Source: Felis catus
Taxonomy: Eukaryota
DNA length: 64,000 nt
Assembly: GCF_018350175.1 (NCBI RefSeq)
Contig: NC_058368.1
Location: 76,882,001-76,946,000 of the forward strand
Reading direction: 5' to 3'
Positions 49,796-61,717 of this stretch are shown here, piece after piece. A program made the translations under genes and the position numbers. The stretch's first letter is position 1; each line of letters starts with the position of its first letter. Under the pieces are notes generated by a model that did not search any database, was not told the origin of the DNA, and saw nothing but the letters and a program-made list of their open reading frames with translations.

Positions 49796-49881
49796 AAGTT
49801 TTTATTTATTTGAGAGAGAGAGAGGGAGGGAGAGGGAGGGAGGGAGGGAGGGAGAGAATATGGGTGTGTGAGCAGGGGAGG

Positions 49882-49922
<41 letters not shown>

Positions 49923-50074
49923 GGAGAGGGGGGGAGAGAGAGAGAAAATCCCAAATCCCAAGCAAACTCTGCGCTGCCAGAACAAAGCCCATCGTGGGGC
50001 CTGAACCCAAGAACCATGACCTGGGCCGAAATCAAGAGTCAGATGCTTAACTGACTGAGCCACCCAGGTGCCCT
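49796..50074 (-). mobile_element. Carnivore SINE with expanded GA microsatellite
   Basis: Reverse SINE; exact 15-bp TSD actccttaaaacttt at 49781-49795 and 50075-50089. Confidence 0.93.
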
Positions 50075-51387
50075 ACTCCTTAAAACTTTTGCCATAGGAG
50101 TTGTCACTTTCCTGATGTTCTTTAGTGGCTCTAATCTCTTCCTCGGGCTCCTCTGCTCAATGTATTCCCTTGCCAAGAATTTGTGCCAATGTTGAAAGGG
50201 CTGAATCACAATCTTCAAGATTTCGAAGGTAGTATGTATAACACTAGGTCCCCATTTTCTCCATGCCTCCATGCTTTCAGGTATTTTAAAAACTCCAGTC
50301 ACCACTAACTTTAAAACGGTAACTATTAAAACAGTAAGGACCCAGCAATACAGCACTGTTAAACCAGAGTAGGACTCTGAACATGGCAAATGGCAATATT
50401 ATTTAAAATATTATACAGAAATATTTTAACGTGTATGAACTCAACCCTAGGAGTTTCCTTCTAGGAAGTGCTTCATAACAACACAGCAAACAGCATTAAT
50501 TCAGTACTGAATAGGCACCAAATACTGTGGCAACAGCTTTATACACCATGTCATCAGTTACACCTCTGATGATTCCCAAGGCATAGGGATACTTTACTAG
50601 CTGGGCTCCAGGTCACTGCATTTTGCTAAGAGAGGACTCCTAACCTAGGTAGACTCCAAAGCTCATGATCTAAGCCCTATAGTACCCTACAAAGGTAAAG
50701 GCATGCAATAATATTTACCCAAATCATTTAAAAAATTTATAAATTTCTTATCAACATCAGCTAGATCTTATGCCCTTATCCTTTGTCTTAAAGCCCTAAG
50801 TGTCCCCGAAATACAGTTCCACATACTGAATTTGCTCATAAAAGCTGTTCTCTACTCTCAACAATGAGCTCGTCAAGTACTCTAAGGATCACTCATATAG
50901 ATCCCAGTTCAGCTTAGATACTTTAATTCAGAAGGCTCTCAACCTGTCATGCAATTGAACACTAAGCATATTGAAACCTAGATTATAACAGGCTACAGTA
51001 AATTATTATAGCATTAACATTTTCCGGATTTGCTGCAAGTTATTTTACAACTGCCTATTTTTTCAACATGCACAGTGAATACAACATGCACAAAGCCATT
51101 TCAAAAGAATACATATGAAAATGATAAGGAGAGAGAACCACACTAAATGGTTGGGACACAGGGAAGAGGTAGAACTTCTGAATTCAATTTTGAAACATGT
51201 GAACTAGCTATTCAGAAATGAGAAAAAAAAATTTAATGCTAAGGTCTACCTTTTACTATATTAATATAACTCGTAAGAGCACTTCATAAACTCACCAGGC
51301 TCAATCTGGCTGCATTTCGTAAATTATATTACATTATGTACGGAGGCCCATTATATGCCAAGTATGTCTAGATACTTTAAATGTGCC

Positions 51388-51413
51388 TTTTTTTTTTTTT
51401 TTTATGTTTCATT

Positions 51414-51450
<37 letters not shown>

Positions 51451-51627
51451 CAGAGCGAGCGAGCGAGCGGGGGAGAGGCAGAGAGACAGGGAGACACAGA
51501 CTCTGAAGCAGGCTTCGGGCCCGGAGCTGTCAGCACAGAGCTGGATTCAGGGCTCAAACCCGTGAACTGCGAGATCATGACCTGAGCCGAAGTCGGACGC
51601 TTAACGACTGAGCCACCCAGGCGCCTC
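51388..51627 (-). mobile_element. Carnivore SINE (SINEC_Fc-like)
   Basis: Reverse SINE; TSD taaatgtgc. Confidence 0.93.
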
Positions 51628-51859
51628 ATAAATGTGCGATTTCTAATCTTCATAACGAAGACCAGTATCTTCATTTCACAAATAAGAAATCAAGCTTACA
51701 GGTACGTGATTTATTCAAGGCTTCACAATTGTAAACAGCAAAGCAATCTGGTTTCCATTATTACCACAAAATTAGTTAAGCCCAACAGAGTATTCAAATT
51801 TTGTAGTCTCTCCCCTCCCACGGACCCTTTTCCAGGTACAGGGACACTATGCTCTCTGT

Positions 51860-52870
51860 TGTCTTCTCTGCTTCCAGCAAGCACTGGTTTCTTCCAACAA
51901 ACATTCCCTAAGGTCCTCTCAGTCCCGTAAGCCAACTGATTTTTTGCCTTCACACGCTACCTGGGTCGTTCTATCTACTCTCAAGGTTTCCTCCTCAAGG
52001 CTTCAGTCTCTCATATCAAACTCGCATAAACTCACTATACCCAAGTGTTAAAGTGCCTACAGTGGAAGTGCCAGCTGAAACTCCCCTCGACCGTTCCCTG
52101 TCCGCTATCTATCAGGTTTCTGCCGTTTTAACCACCGTCTGCCACACAAATAGTTCCTTAAACATTTGGTGCCCGACGTGCAATAGCTACAATATAAACA
52201 CGAGAACCAATATTAATGCTTTATTTCCCTTATGCTCCAATCCAGTTTTATTTGCACTGTTTCCTAAATCTGTCCTTTCCCATTCCAACAACCGCCCCCT
52301 CACTACTCCTGTGTGGTCTTACTGTAACTAGTTATCTATCCTACACAGCATTCAGTGCTGTTTTGGGGGGGCGGGGAGGGAGAGAAAAAAAGAGCTCATC
52401 CCATTTACCTCCTCAAAACGTTTCCTGTTTCTAGGATGAAATCCAAGCTCCTTAACATGACTCCTTTATAAGATTCTCAGCCTCTGTTTACCTCCCCTGA
52501 CTAAAGAGACTCCGTGATGTTAGTACTTATAGAACTTCCCGTGTTTTACCTCACTTGTAAGCCATTCAGCCCCCCTCCCTCCCTTTACTCTGGCAAGGGC
52601 TGAAGGGACTCTGTTTTGGTCCACATGTACCTTCCTATGCCTTGCCGGACAATCTCATTTCTATCTACCACCCATTCCTTAGGAGGACTAAGGTGTTTAC
52701 CCATCTGAGATGCTTCCTTCTTAAAGTCACATCACTATCACTGAATTTACCACACTATTATTACGTACCCACTTAGCAGTCTTTAAGCTTCTTGGAGAGG
52801 GGTCAATTATCTTTATCTCAGCAGCACCTAGCACAGTGCCTGGCACTTATTAATTGCTTGAACCGTATTA
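51860..52870 (+). mobile_element. L2 fragment(s)
   Basis: C/T-rich L2-like body ending cagcacctagcacagtgcctggcac...gcttgaa. Similar L2 pieces at about 3530-3625, 12870-12970, 32900-33560 and 40880-41340. Confidence 0.6.
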
Positions 52871-54399
52871 GCTGAATGAGACCTGTAGACACACAACTAC
52901 TTAGGCCCATTTCCAAGGCTCTAAAACCTAGGTCTTTCCATGGTTTCCTTTGTGTTCTATCTAAGACATTACACCGTACTGAGGAGTACCTACTGCATGG
53001 CACACAGAATTCAGTGTACAGGCTCGCTTTGCCCCTCTTCCCTTCATAAATGCTGATGGTAATCTGCTGCTTCTGCCAACTTGGAACTATATAGCTCTCC
53101 TATTTTCTCTTTTAATCCCTGGTTTCTGTCCCTGCTATTCATGTGCAGCTTGCTAAACACCTCTAATTATTCTCTGCATACCAAGTTCCCTTTTACTTTT
53201 CCTACAAGTCATAGCTTTTTAGAGAATGGCAAATAACTTCTCTTTGGACACCTGTTTTCACGTGGGAAAATTATCTGAGACATGACTTAATTTTTAAAAT
53301 GTTCATCTGTTGACATTTATTTGAGAGTTCATTTTTACAGTTAAGGATCTTGTTATATACCAGAAAAACCCGGATTCTATATAATCAAGGTTTGTTGCAA
53401 AACAATTACTTGTATGTATCTGATGTTAATATATGTATCACCGACAGCTCTACATAAAGGAAAAATAAAGACATACAGCAAATAGCTCTCCAGGTACTGC
53501 TTCCTCTGTAATATTAGTCAGTGCCCCAGTCCCGTAAATCTTAAAAACTTTGCTCCTTAGAAACACGCTCTGCTGCAAAAATCTACATAACGCAAAGCCA
53601 ACTGCAAAAAAATTTAAAGCCCCTAAACAATCAGTGCATATATCTGTCTCAGAAAATTCAGGTAATTCTCCTACCTCGTGTGCACTTTCTAAACACCGAC
53701 GGGCTGAGGAAGATGGCCGGTTAAACACAGACAGTTCACATCTAACACTACCTTTCCAACTGGCTTTGAGAAATGAATACCTAGAGCATCAGGGTACTAT
53801 GGTCTTAAACCAAAACCAAACCCAAACCCTACATTTTAAAAACAAAAGATGATCAATTTGGAATTATTTGTACCTACTCTTGGATCTAAAGATACTTGAG
53901 AGGTGACTCTCAGAGATACTTTTACCCCAACAGTATTTCAAGTTGGGGACCTCACTGTGATCCTGATTTTCCCTACATTAAGTTCCATACGTGAGCAATG
54001 CAAAAATAAAAGCAAATATTCAAGTGTCCTCTACCACAAGGGAAAACAAAACGCAGGATTGCACCTACTTTTGCTACAGAGGAATATAAAGCCATATAAA
54101 CGAGAAGTATAAGGACAGAGCAACTTTTGATAGGGATGGTTATGCAGGTGAATTCAAGGATCAAAATTCATCGTACTGCAGGCTCAAGGTTTGTGCACTT
54201 TATTTTTGCAGCTCAAAAAATAACAAACAAACAAAACCCGAACAGGCTCGGAAAAAAAAAAAGAAAAGCAACCGCGACATCTTTAACAAAAGGAACTCAC
54301 TAACATAAAATGCATCTTTGGCTGTACTGTTGGGACCACCAACAGGGTCTCATTTCCCGAGAAGCCCTGTCAAATCGAAGCCCCGGTACTAGAATGCTC

Positions 54400-55620
54400 T
54401 GGCCAGCTGCAATTTGCATCCCAAGGGTTAATTCTTTCCGGCCCCCCCCCCCTCCCCACCAGCTGGCCCCAAACGCTCTCCATCCCTTCTACGGGCTCCC
54501 TTATCCCACGCCCTCACTGGCCGAGGCAGCGCCTCTACCCCACTCTGAACTCCACCCCCTACTTCCGGCACTCCGCTCCGCTCTCGCGCCAAAATCGCTT
54601 TCTCTGCTCCAAGCCCTTCCTGCGCAAGCCCCGGTATTTCCCAGCCCAGCCAACTCGTGGGTCCGTCCGGCCCCAGGCTCTCCACTCGCGCGGGCTGCAG
54701 CCTCTCGGGCGGGTTCCTGCGACCCCTCGACCCCCGCCCCCCCCGCCCCCACTCGGCCCACCCAGCCCCGCCGGCCCCCACCCGCCAGGCTCCCCGCCCC
54801 TCCCCCCGTGGCCGCTCACATTTTTCGCTGCCGCTCGAACTCCGCTTTCTTCTCCTCCTCCTCTCGCTTCTGCTTTTCGTCCAGGCTGCTGCGCTTGCTC
54901 ACCGTGCGCCCGAAGATGTCGATGCGGTCGGGCGGGGACGAGGCGCGCTCCCGGTCCCGCTCGCGCCGGGACACGGCCGTGTTGGTGGAGCGCGAGCGGG
55001 ACCGCGACTCCCGCCGCCGGTTCCGTTTACTCTCCCGGGACTTGGAGCGCTTCCGCACGCGCTCCTTGTCCCGAGACCGCGACCGCGACCGGCTCCGCTT
55101 CTTGTTGTGTTTGCTGCTCTTGGTGTGTTTGGAGCGGGACGAGCTCCGGCTCCGAGACCGGCCCATCCTTCCGGGCGACGCTGTGACTAACCGCTGGCCT
55201 GGGGCCCCGCACGCGTCCCACTGCCCTCGCTTCCGCCTCTGGACGCGGGCTGGCCGTCCTGTCGAGGCCGGAGGAAGGAAGGCCGTCGGCCAGCTGACTT
55301 TATACCGCTCTCTGAGGTGAACGGCCGCCACGAAGGCCGCCTCCGACGACCAGGCCGCAACGCCAGGAGTTGCTAAGATGGCAGCCGCGGCTGCACCGGC
55401 CGCCCTTCCCACAATGCCCCGCGCGGAACGCGCCGCTGCGCGAGCCCCGCCCCCTGACGATTGTTGCCGAAGGCGTAGCGAGCGCTTCCGAGCTCACTCG
55501 GCTCCTTCCGCCTGCCCCGCGCCGGCCCGACGCCCTCGGGAGCCGTCGTCCCCCAGCTCGCTTTAGTGGCCTTCTGCTTTCCGGTAAGAGGCCAATGCCA
55601 TAAGAATGAACCTGTCGCGT
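54400..55620. promoter_or_regulatory. ARGLU1: ARGLU1 CpG-island promoter with YY1-type site
   Basis: CpG-rich around exon 1. AAGATGGC at 55375-55382 (GCCATCTT in the sense strand), ETS-like TTCCGG near 55579 and CCAAT near 55592. Confidence 0.85.
54820..55166 (-). CDS. ARGLU1: Arginine and glutamate-rich protein 1, exon 1 (RS-rich region)
   Basis: aggATGG at 55166. MGRSRSRSSSRSKHTKSSKHNKKRSRSRSRSRDKERVRK...EEEEKKAEFERQRK; donor AT|gtgagc; 347 nt. Confidence 0.98.
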
Positions 55621-55699
55621 TTTGGTGAGCGTGAAGTCGTGCCTCAGCAGAAACCACTGATTGCATTATTTTCTAGGAGCTGGTTTTGTCAGGCAGCCC

Positions 55700-55975
55700 T
55701 ACATTGTATCAGAGTGACTCTGAGCAGATGCCTTGCGTCTCTGAGCTTAGCTTCCTCGTTTGTACAGTGAATGTACCCACACTTCACCAAGTGGTTGTGA
55801 GGCTTACGGGAGATGACGTGGGCTTTGATGCGTGGAAGCCAGTGCTTGATACGGGGCTCCGTGTGCTTTGCGTTTTGTGAACTGGTGGTCCATTCTCATT
55901 TTGGGGGTGGGGACGCTGAGGTCCATCAGGTAAAGACCTTAGCTGCCCAGACGGCACAGCTAGCAGGTGGCAGAG

Positions 55976-55976
<1 letters not shown>
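55700..55976. mobile_element. Two MIR fragments (plus, then minus) upstream of ARGLU1
   Basis: tctctgagcttagcttcctcgtttgta core, then cattttg...gctgagg...cacagctagcaggtggcagagc. Confidence 0.6.

Positions 55977-55977
<1 letters not shown>

Positions 55978-56027
<50 letters not shown>
55978..56027. repeat. (TG)25 microsatellite
   Basis: Read directly. Confidence 0.98.
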
Positions 56028-56028
<1 letters not shown>

Positions 56029-56567
56029 TGCGAAGCCCTTGCACATCACGGGTAAGACCCACGGTGGCAACAACAACAAAAAGTACTTAAGAATAAACAT
56101 TAACAAGTTACAAGATCCTCCTGCTGAAATCCCTCAACCTTTGCTGAAAGGCAGAAACAAGACCTGAGTAAACGAACAACATATGCCATATCTTTGGATG
56201 ACAAGTCAGTCTCAAAAGCATGCCAATTCTTTCCAAGTTAAATTACAAAATTAGCGCAATTCCCGTCAGAGTCCCAAGTACTCTTGGGAATGTGTTAGAA
56301 CTAACTAAATAATTTCAAATTTTATACAGAAGATCACCTAGTTGTGAGTTATCAGGAAGCCCTTTAAAAAAAAGAGTAGTAAGCATTTGCCCTATAAAAG
56401 ATTAAAATAAACGGAACGCCAAGGTATTGGCACAGCAATAGGAAAATAATCAGAATAGAAGGGAAGATTTATTATTTTTCTTGAGATACATTGGAGTAAA
56501 AACACTTAATAATCTAGATTGTATAGAATTACCCGTTATAAAGTAGATATTGCTGTCAATCTAGTCT

Positions 56568-56569
<2 letters not shown>

Positions 56570-56615
<46 letters not shown>
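56570..56615. repeat. (AC)23 microsatellite
   Basis: Read directly. Confidence 0.98.
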
Positions 56616-56617
<2 letters not shown>

Positions 56618-56655
56618 GAGATGATGCCCATCTAATGCTAAAGATAGTTATTTCT

Positions 56656-56867
56656 TTTTTTTTATTTTTTATTTTTTTACATTTATTTTTGATAGAGAGA
56701 CAGAGCACAAGTGGGGGAGGGGTAGAGAGAGAAGGAGACACAGAATCTGAAGCAGGCTCCAGACTCTGTCAGCACAGAGCCTGACGCCGGGCTGGAACTC
56801 ACAAACCGCGAGATCATGGCCTGAGGCGAAGTTGGACACCCAACCAAGTGAGCCACCCAAGTGCCCC
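56656..56867 (-). mobile_element. Carnivore SINE (SINEC_Fc-like)
   Basis: Reverse SINE; TSD aaagatagttatttct. Confidence 0.93.
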
Positions 56868-56899
56868 AAAGATAGTTATTTCTGATTCATTGATACATT

Positions 56900-57281
56900 G
56901 GTTTTGTAGAGCACCACAAACTCATGGCATGAAACAAAAGAAACTTATTCACTCACAGTGCTGGGGTCCAAAAGTCCAAAATCAAGGTATTTGGCAAGCT
57001 TGGTTCTTTTGAGATCTCTGGAGGAGAATCTGTCCTGTGCTTCTCAACTCCAGGGGTTACTGGCAAAACGTGGCATGCCTTGGCTTCCGATCATTGTTGC
57101 TGTCTTCACATGGTATTGACTGTGTGTCTGTCTTCTTATAAGGGCACCAATGATTGAGTTTGGACCCATCCTAATCCAGTATGACCTCATCTTAATTATA
57201 ACTACAAAGACCCTATTTCCAAGTAAGACCCCGTGTCTGGGGTGGACATGAATTTTGGGGGACACTAGTCAACGTACTACA
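56900..57281 (-). mobile_element. MaLR LTR (MLT1A/B-like)
   Basis: cttcttataagggcacc...cccatcctaatccagtatgacctcatcttaa...gaattttgggggacact...actaca. Confidence 0.8.
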
Positions 57282-57293
57282 GGTTGGATTTTT

Positions 57294-57511
57294 TTTATTT
57301 TTTTTTAACGTTTTTATTTATTTTTGAGACAGAGAGAGACAGAGCATGAATGGGGGAGGGGCAGAGAGAGAGGGAGACACAGAATCGGAAGCAGGCTCCA
57401 GGCTCTGAGGCATCAGCCCAGAGCCCAACGTGGGGCTCGAACTCACGGACCGTGAGATCATGACCTGAGCCGAAGTCGGACGCTTAACCGACTGAGCCAC
57501 CCAGGCGCCCC
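57294..57511 (-). mobile_element. Young felid SINE (SINEC_Fc-like)
   Basis: Near-consensus reverse SINE; TSD caggttggattttt. Confidence 0.94.
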
Positions 57512-57738
57512 CAGGTTGGATTTTTAAAAGCTTCTCCTAAGTGTTTTTCTACATGTTGTGAGTTCTTTATAAATACATAATATTTTAGAAAAAAATGTAA
57601 GATGTTTCTTTCAAAAACTACAGGAATGTGAGAAACTCTACAGTAAATGATAAAGACAGTGTTTTAGTGGAAAAAGAATGGTTTGTTAAATGCTGTTCCT
57701 ATGATGAAAGTAGAGACACTTAAAAATAAGATACAGTT

Positions 57739-57950
57739 GGGGCACCTGGGTGGCTCAGTCAGTTAAACATCTGACTTTGGCTTAGGTCACAATCTCACAG
57801 TTTGTGAGTTCAGGCCCGCCTCAGGTTTTGTGCTGACAGCTCAGAGCCTGGAGCTCGCTTTGGATTCTGTGTCTCTCTCTTTCTACCCCTATTCTGCTTC
57901 TGTGCGCACTCTCTGTCTCTCAAAAAATAAATAAATGAACATTAAAAAAA
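57739..57950 (+). mobile_element. Carnivore SINE
   Basis: ggggcacctgggtggctcagtcagttaaac head and A tail. Confidence 0.92.
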
Positions 57951-58086
57951 ATAGAGACTGTTAATTAAAAAATTTGTGGCATCATAACAGGAACAAAAGT
58001 AAATTTAAGATGGATTGAAATCTATATTCAGAAGCATATGCTTTTTTTATAATCATGGAAGACATAAAAATAAGAGACCCTGAGCC

Positions 58087-58243
58087 AGTGGTTATACCGC
58101 TTGGAGATTTGATAAGACACACAAAATCCTGTGTCATGCCAGAAATTCTCGTACAGTGCTTGGGCCCCAGAACCCCCATTTTTAACTAGGACTCCATGTG
58201 ATTCTCTTGTAGGTGTTCCACCAACCACAGTTTGAGAAGCACT
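58087..58243. mobile_element. MER5-like hAT element
   Basis: cagtggtt...agtttgagaagcactg termini. Confidence 0.65.
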
Positions 58244-59747
58244 GGTACAAACGAGCAGGTTAATATATTTGTCTATGTAAATAAAAGACAAAACTTTGGG
58301 AGAAAATATTTGCAATATTTAGCATGCAAGGCATTAATATCTCTACTATAGAAAGAGTTTCTAAAAAAAAAAAGGGGTTTCTAATCATCAATAAGAGAAA
58401 GACAACCCAATAGAAAAATGAGCAAAGAATATACATCTGCAGTTCACAAAGGAAATACAACTGATTGAAAAAAAAACCGGAAGAAAGAATCTAAACCTCA
58501 CTAATAAACTAGGAAATGCATATTTAAATAATAATCATTTGTGTGTGTATTTTCCTTTTAGATTAACAATTATTTTAAAAATTACTAATAAAGTGTTACG
58601 GCAAAGGGTTGATTTGGCCTTGCCTATCAGCATTTTAAGTTTTTACATCCCGTAAACTGGCAATCTCACTTTCGAGAATTTGTCTTACAGATACAACAGC
58701 ACAGTGTATATGATATGATGACGTATAAGAATACTCACTGGGGCATTGTTTGGGTGTCAGACAATTGACAACAATCAAACATTAAAGGTTGAAAGTCTGT
58801 GGTACATCCACAAATGTAGCACAACACAGATTTATGTGGACTGACTTGCAAATGTGTTCTCGGTATACTTATGGCTGGTGGGTGAAAAGGAAAGTTGTAG
58901 AAGAATGTGCAGGTTGCCATCTCATTTTTTTTCCCCCAAACACAGTTGTGTGCTTATATTTCTCTGTGTGAATGATAGCTACAAATTACATAGAAGGGTC
59001 TGGAATTGGAGGAGTAATCTGGGAATTTAGGCTGGTTGCTTGCAAAGCACATTATCTATTTTGTTTAGATGACATGTATTCTGGGGTTGGCTTAAAGGTA
59101 ACTTCTGGAACTTTTAAAGGAAGATGATATATATCCCACTCAAGCCATATCTTTTTGCTGCCCCTGGGGGAGCAAAAAAAAAAAAACCCTAGAAACAAAA
59201 GTGCATCAAAGACCGCCCTCCCTGCCCCAAATCACTAGGGATTTTCTCTGAGGGTGCAGCAAAGAAATGAGGGACACATATATTTCACCCCTCACTTTAT
59301 AGTATAATTATCAAAGTCGCAGTATTTCAAGCTCCCAGAACTTACTTTGTTTTCTTATATACTTATTTATTTATTGATTCTCTCCTGCACTGGAATCCAA
59401 ATTCTAGGGCCGTTTGCCATTTTGTATTCAGTGACACCCACGGGTTAGCATGCTAACCGCAATAAATGTACACCAAATACATGTTGAATGACGAAGATTT
59501 GAGTGGTTTTTACTTTGAGTGTGATTTTGGTTTTGTGTGTTTTGCTTTCGCATTCTGTTTAAATTTCCAGATGCCCACCTTCTCCATTCCCTTCTCCCAA
59601 AATGTTTCCTCAGTTCATCTTGGAATAATTACAATAGCCAAATGTAAATAACAGATCCTTCATAAACAGATCATTCTGAAGCACAATCTCCTAGTTTAAA
59701 CAAAAAATACCAACGAGATGCCTGAATATATCTCTCCTTCTATTTCT

Positions 59748-59973
59748 TTTATTTTTGTTTTTTTTTAATGTTTATTTTTGAGAGAGAGAGAGAAGAGGGA
59801 GAGAGAGAGAAAGGAGGGAAGGGATAGAGAGGGAGGGAGACATAGAATCCGAAGCAGGCTTCTGGCTCTGAGCTGTCAGCATAGAGCCCAACGCAGGGCT
59901 CGAACCCACAAACAGTGAGATAACGACCTGAGCCAAAGTCAGACGCTTAACCCACTAAACTACCCAGGTTCCC
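59748..59973 (-). mobile_element. Carnivore SINE
   Basis: Reverse SINE body with T-rich tail. Confidence 0.92.
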
Positions 59974-61084
59974 TAATTCTTAAATGAGTAATCCTCAATT
60001 TCTTTTGACAGCTTTTAAAATTTGAGGTGTATCCTGTAATGTGCCGATGACGATCATTTATTCACGCCCTAAATATCGAGTATTTAGTTCACGCCAAATA
60101 CTGTACTAGTTGCTCATATGCTTACCTATGCTTACCGTATAGGTGGAGCCCTTGGGCACCAGGTGCGAATCTCTCCATAGCTCACTTAACAACAAAGTGG
60201 TTTTCTTTGCCTGGAGCTGTCTGATGCCCCAGCCATACTCATCCCTCCCTGCCCCACTCAACTCCTTACCCCTTGGCGGGTTAGTTCTCCTTGACAGAAC
60301 TTGTCAGATTTGTAATATAAAAAGTGATTTAGTGAGCTTCTCAGGAGGGAACCATGTCTGATTTGTTTGCTGCTGTTTTCTCGTTGTGGCCATACTACCT
60401 GTCATATGGGAGGCATTTAACAAAACATAATCTGAATGACTAAATAAACATGGGGTATGCATTGTCTGGTTTTCCTGGCAACCTTAAAACATGGCCTCTT
60501 TTAAAACTGCTTGAGACATCCAAAATTACAGGATATTCCATAATTTGAATGTAGAGCAAGCCGATTTCATCACAGCCCTGATAATAAAATCAGCAACACT
60601 CACTTCCAAAAACTATTTTTTGATTTCATTAAATATGTTCAGTTCTCTACAACACATACAACCTTTTTTTTCCCCTAGCAAATGTTACTCTCCTTCTCCA
60701 CCTCAAAGTATTGCCAGGAGGCCCTATGCTAGGTAAGGTTAATTGTAAAAATTTAAGCGCGCTTCTGTGAAAAAAAGAAAATCCAATGTTTGCCTAAGAA
60801 ACAGGTAAGGAATTTTTTACTCAGAAAGAAAGAAAAAAAAAAAAACCCTTCAGACTGTTAGAGTACATACAGATAGAGCACAGCAGAGATCTGTGTCTTT
60901 TGGTTCAAATGCGTGAAGAGCAAGACAGCCAAAGCTCTTGGTGTTGTAAGCACAGAAGAGCAAAGGGAGCCTCTTCCAGAAACTTGCTCAGACTGGACGG
61001 GACTAGAGCTGATCTCTTAGGGATGGGAGAGTGCGCTTGGCAGGCTCTGATGTGGAGCCAGTGCAAAGCAGAAGCCAAATGTCA

Positions 61085-61717
61085 TGTCGAATTAGAAACA
61101 AGTCTGGACTTAAGAGAGACTTCATTCAAAACGATTATCGCAAGGGGTAGGGTGTAGCATGAGGGGGATGAAGCTGTTGCAATAGGGGGATGGAGACTAT
61201 GGAAATGGAGACGCTGTCATGACCATAACATCTGCAAGTGTCTCCAGAATGGTTGTCTTTGATAAAGAGGGGTAAACAAGGTGAGAAAGATCCAGGTGTG
61301 GGGGAGTGAATGAAAGGGGGAGCATGATAGGATAGTACATCAGGGATGTTTTCTTCTGAGGTCAGCCTAGTTCTCAGGAGGGGTTGTCAATGGGCTCAGG
61401 CTGAGGGTGGGCCAATGTTCAAGCACCTGGGGGCAGGAGAGAAGCTCAACCAAAGTTTGATAAACAAGCATTTTGTTCCCGTTGATCAGTGGGGACAAAA
61501 TAATTCAGCTCATTTATGAGGCAAAGAATGGGAATTTGGAGGGTCTGTGTCTGGAGTCATCCTGGGTAATCAAAAGGGAGTTCCTGTGAGTCTTACCTAA
61601 GTCATAAGTGGAGGAGGGGTTCTTTGCAGTGTCATCTTCCAGAAGCCAAAGTACGGGTGGGATATCTCTTATTCTTTGCTGTTTTCCAGGAGCATGGGGT
61701 TCAGTTCAAATTCAACA
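61085..61717. mobile_element. Probable solo ERV LTR (family not assigned)
   Basis: About 630 bp block bounded by tg...ca with LTR-like composition; no clear TSD. Confidence 0.45.

Larger units (their letters stand above)
56080..58900 (+). mobile_element. Degenerate L1 (L1ME-like ORF2/3' remnants), interrupted by SINEs, an MLT1 LTR and a MER5-like element
   Basis: A-rich L1-like motifs (gggagaaaatatttgcaa; aataagagaaagacaacccaatagaaaaatgagcaaag; ctcactaataaactaggaaatgca). Confidence 0.6.

Noticed and set aside
54310..55320. 336-aa plus-strand ATG ORF, the longest in the window
   Set aside because: Antisense shadow of ARGLU1 exon 1 and its CpG island; low-complexity Pro/Arg/Ser content, no recognisable domain, and no promoter visible upstream of the ATG.
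55167..55412. In-frame GTG-initiated N-terminal extension of ARGLU1 (82 codons)
   Set aside because: The GTG lies at or beyond the likely TSS, the annotated ATG has a strong context, and open frames are common in GC-rich leaders.
59152..59187. Hairpin flanked by T and A runs, resembling an intrinsic terminator
   Set aside because: Bacterial-type terminators have no meaning in mammalian intergenic DNA.
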